Assembly: GCA_051382335.1 (NCBI GenBank)
Contig: JBBCAX010000216.1
Coordinates: 1 to 49,670 of the forward strand
DNA: 49,670 bases
Origin: Deltaproteobacteria bacterium TL4
GTDB taxonomy: Bacteria > SAR324 > NAC60-12
Direction of reading: 5' to 3'
Below, piece after piece: positions 46,935-49,670 of this stretch. A model generated the notes under the pieces. The model saw only the letters and a program-made list of their open reading frames with translations. It was not told the origin of the DNA and ran no database searches. The position numbers and the translations under genes are program-made. Positions within the stretch are counted from its first letter, which is position 1. Each line of letters begins with the position of its first letter.

Positions 46935-47981
46935 ATGAGTTCTGAAACTGTCGATATTCAAGATTTTCTTCGTCATCCTATTTCTCTGAATGAGTTGAAG
47001 CGACAAACGGGGACGCAGTTTTATCGACTTGTTGAGCAGTTATATGATGGGTGGCGTACTCAGAAAATTTTTGTCACCCGTATTCGACTTGGTTTCGTAG
47101 AGCAACCTACGCAGGTTGCTTACTCCAGTCACGCCTTTCTTCTGCTGGATGATCAATTTCAATTGCGATCAACGGAAGGCTATGCTTCCATAAAAGTTGC
47201 GACTTGGAATGTCAATTCAATTCGGGTTAGACTTTCTTTGCTCCTGTCATGGTTACAAACAGAGCAACCTGACGTTGTATGTCTTCAGGAAACTAAAACG
47301 GAAGACAATCATTTTCCAGAATGGGAACTCAAACTTGTAGGGTATCATTCTGTTTACGCGGGACAGAAATCATACAATGGTGTTGCTATTTTATCAAAAT
47401 TACCCATTGATGAAGTCAAATATGGATTTTCATCTCAATATGATTCCTCCGAAAAACGTTTCATTTCTGCTTCTATTGCCGGCATCCAGATTATGAATGC
47501 TTATGTTCCTCAAGGTCAAACAACGGATTCCCCCAAATTTGCGTACAAACAAGAATTTCTAGAAAACTTATTGACTGAACTCCAACAAAACTATTCTTCA
47601 AATTCTCCTCTCTTACTTGCAGGAGATTTTAATATTGCACCTGATGTCAGAGACGTGGTGTCTGCAGATACAATGAAAAATCAAGTCAGTTTTCACCCCA
47701 TTGAACATGAGTATCTTGCTCAATTTCAAAAGTGGGGATTGACCGATTTGTACCGAAAATGGCACAAAGAAGCAGGGCAATATACGTGGTGGGATTTTCG
47801 GACCCGGGGATTTAAACACAATGAGGGAATGCGTATTGATCATTTATGGGGTACGCTCCCCCTTGCGGAGATATGCGCTTCTGTTGAGATAGACTTTAAC
47901 AATCGCTCTCAACCTAAACCTTCCGATCATGCTCCGGTGTTGTGTGTTTTAAAACCAAAGCACAAACTGCAGGATCTTTAA
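46935..47981 (+). CDS. xth: exodeoxyribonuclease III with an N-terminal extension
   Basis: ATWNVNSIR, LQETK, YNGVAILS, GDFNIAP, YTWWDFR, RIDH, SDHAP motifs, preceded by about 83 extra residues. Confidence 0.92.
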   Translation: MSSETVDIQDFLRHPISLNELKRQTGTQFYRLVEQLYDGWRTQKIFVTRIRLGFVEQPTQVAYSSHAFLLLDDQFQLRSTEGYASIKVATWNVNSIRVRLSLLLSWLQTEQPDVVCLQETKTEDNHFPEWELKLVGYHSVYAGQKSYNGVAILSKLPIDEVKYGFSSQYDSSEKRFISASIAGIQIMNAYVPQGQTTDSPKFAYKQEFLENLLTELQQNYSSNSPLLLAGDFNIAPDVRDVVSADTMKNQVSFHPIEHEYLAQFQKWGLTDLYRKWHKEAGQYTWWDFRTRGFKHNEGMRIDHLWGTLPLAEICASVEIDFNNRSQPKPSDHAPVLCVLKPKHKLQDL

Positions 47982-47994
47982 TTTCTTCTTAAAT

Positions 47995-49254
47995 TTAACC
48001 GATAGATCCTTCAAAAATATAAAACAATTGAAAAAACCCGACACACATTCCAAGTACGGCACCTACCATAATTAATATCCATTCATCTTCCTCAAACGCA
48101 GGATGTAAGACTCTTTCAAATTCTCTAGTCGGTAATCCTTTCATTTTAGAACTGAGCACATTTTCAATATCCATCACTTGATGGCTATATTCCTCCATAT
48201 GTTGAACTTGTTCAGGCAATTCATCCATAACAGACTCACAAACACTATTTTTCATTTTAATGTAATCATTTGTCCCTATCACTATCTGGATGACAGGTTT
48301 AGCAAAACCCGTTGCTTGATCTATGGATCTTTTGACGTGTTTATGAATAATTTTTTGGACTTTATCGGCTCCAGGTCCTGATATAATTGCGTTTAGAATG
48401 TTTTCCGAATTTAATACATCCTTTGAAACCATTTTAGCGTATTCATCTGAAACTTCGTGTTGGCGCTTTAAAAAAAGGCCTTGCCACTTATAATGTCCTA
48501 TATGAATGGGTTCAATGGGAAAGAAGATCATTTTCAATGCTAACCAATTGGTTGCATAACCTACAAAGGCACCCGCTACGGGTAATAACCACCAAGGTTT
48601 GTAGTAGACCCAAATTATCATTTGAATTAAACCAAATAAAAGTCCAAAATAGATCCCCGATTTTCTGATTAACTTAAACTCTTCAACACCACATGTTCTA
48701 AAAATAGTGTTGATCAGTGTTTTATTTTTCATTAAAACCCCCATAATCATCGATCGAATCTCGAAAATATCTGTTATGTTATTTTTTGTTTCTTCCATCA
48801 CAACTGTTATCACCGCAGGTAAGTCCCTTTTTATACGTCCCATTACCTCATCTTTAATTCTTTGAGGTAAACTCTCCCATATTGTGGGTGCAGTTGACTC
48901 CATTACTTCTTCGGTAATTCGTTCCACTGCTCCGTCAAGGAAAGGTCCGATTTCCAAGGCAACTCGACTTGGATCAATACGAGAAAATAATTCCTCAACT
49001 GTAATCAATTTCGGAATCATCGTATCAATCGTAATGTTTGCCATCTTAAACGCTTTTCTTGGAATAACTCCCTGCCAACCTAAATAGGGAGGTATCCCAA
49101 AAAATTCTATGGGAAGAAACATCATTTCTATTGCAATCACATTCGTTCCCCAACCCACAATAGCACTCGTTATAGGTATTCCCAAATATAAGAAAAAATC
49201 TGGATGATTAATGATACTCATAATCATCGTATTTGAAATAAGAGCGTCAATCAT
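47995..49254 (-). CDS. DUF445-family membrane protein
   Basis: VGWGTNVIAIEMMF, GWQGVIP, GYATNWLALKMIF, EEDEWILIMVGAVLG motifs. Start at ATG 49254 (or TTG 49266). Confidence 0.85.
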   Translation of the reverse strand: MIDALISNTMIMSIINHPDFFLYLGIPITSAIVGWGTNVIAIEMMFLPIEFFGIPPYLGWQGVIPRKAFKMANITIDTMIPKLITVEELFSRIDPSRVALEIGPFLDGAVERITEEVMESTAPTIWESLPQRIKDEVMGRIKRDLPAVITVVMEETKNNITDIFEIRSMIMGVLMKNKTLINTIFRTCGVEEFKLIRKSGIYFGLLFGLIQMIIWVYYKPWWLLPVAGAFVGYATNWLALKMIFFPIEPIHIGHYKWQGLFLKRQHEVSDEYAKMVSKDVLNSENILNAIISGPGADKVQKIIHKHVKRSIDQATGFAKPVIQIVIGTNDYIKMKNSVCESVMDELPEQVQHMEEYSHQVMDIENVLSSKMKGLPTREFERVLHPAFEEDEWILIMVGAVLGMCVGFFQLFYIFEGSIG

Positions 49255-49507
49255 AAATCCTCTCAAGTTTTATATATAGCTGTCAAGAAAAGTTTTGTCC
49301 TTTGGCCTGAGTTTTGCTGTGGATATGGTCTTTCCTGAAGAAGTACTTTAATAGTAGTTAGATAGCAATAATTTTTGAAAATTTAAAAAAAGACTCTCCT
49401 CAGAGTTGATTTTTTGTTACAATGTATTATTTCACTAATAATTGTAACCCAAAACTAAGGAGAGCTTATAGATTCTAAAACGGCTATCAAAACACTACAA
49501 GCCTTTA

Positions 49508-49560
49508 TGATTATGGCAAGGGAAAAGTGCACCCCTGTGGCAGCCGAAAAACGCACCCCC
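49508..49560. mobile_element. candidate IS21-family element terminus
   Basis: Begins with TG and carries two 22-bp imperfect direct repeats at 24-bp period: TGGCAAGGGAAAAGTGCACCCC (49514-49535) and TGGCAGCCGAAAAACGCACCCC (49538-49559). No transposase in the window. Confidence 0.55.
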
Positions 49561-49670
49561 TCCGTTAGAAAAAATTCTTGATTCATTGGAACGAATTCAA
49601 GATATTGGGACATCTCCCCACAGAGTCTGATTTCTCAAAAATTGTTTATGTTTTTCCGAACTCAAGAGTT

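Overview
AT-rich bacterial chromosomal segment, probably a flagellated Gram-negative of the deltaproteobacterial/SAR324 type (taxonomy is inference only). It is mostly housekeeping: tRNA-Gln(TTG), lysA, mnmG, adk, proA, an MqnC/CofH radical SAM, a PanP-type decarboxylase, fliN, xth and GT2/GT9/LTA-synthase-like envelope enzymes. Unusual elements: (1) a ~3230-aa lipoprotein whose Gly-linked C-terminal half carries a degenerate CHRD-like domain, an APCDD1-like domain, 3-4 copies of an unrecognised ~100-aa beta repeat and Ca-binding motifs; (2) a class II aldolase-SDR fusion next to lsrF with no other lsr or rha genes, which suggests a 5-deoxyribulose-1-phosphate to DHAP + acetyl-CoA salvage route; (3) a divergent class I adenylate cyclase-like nucleotidyltransferase with a large insertion; (4) a Cys/His-module + J-domain fusion; (5) a stand-alone RibD-type deaminase; (6) REP doublets, one nested in an IS5-like MITE, at the left end and an IS21-like terminus at the right end. 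No CRISPR array, rRNA, integrase or transposase gene was seen. All family calls come from motif recognition by eye, not database searches.
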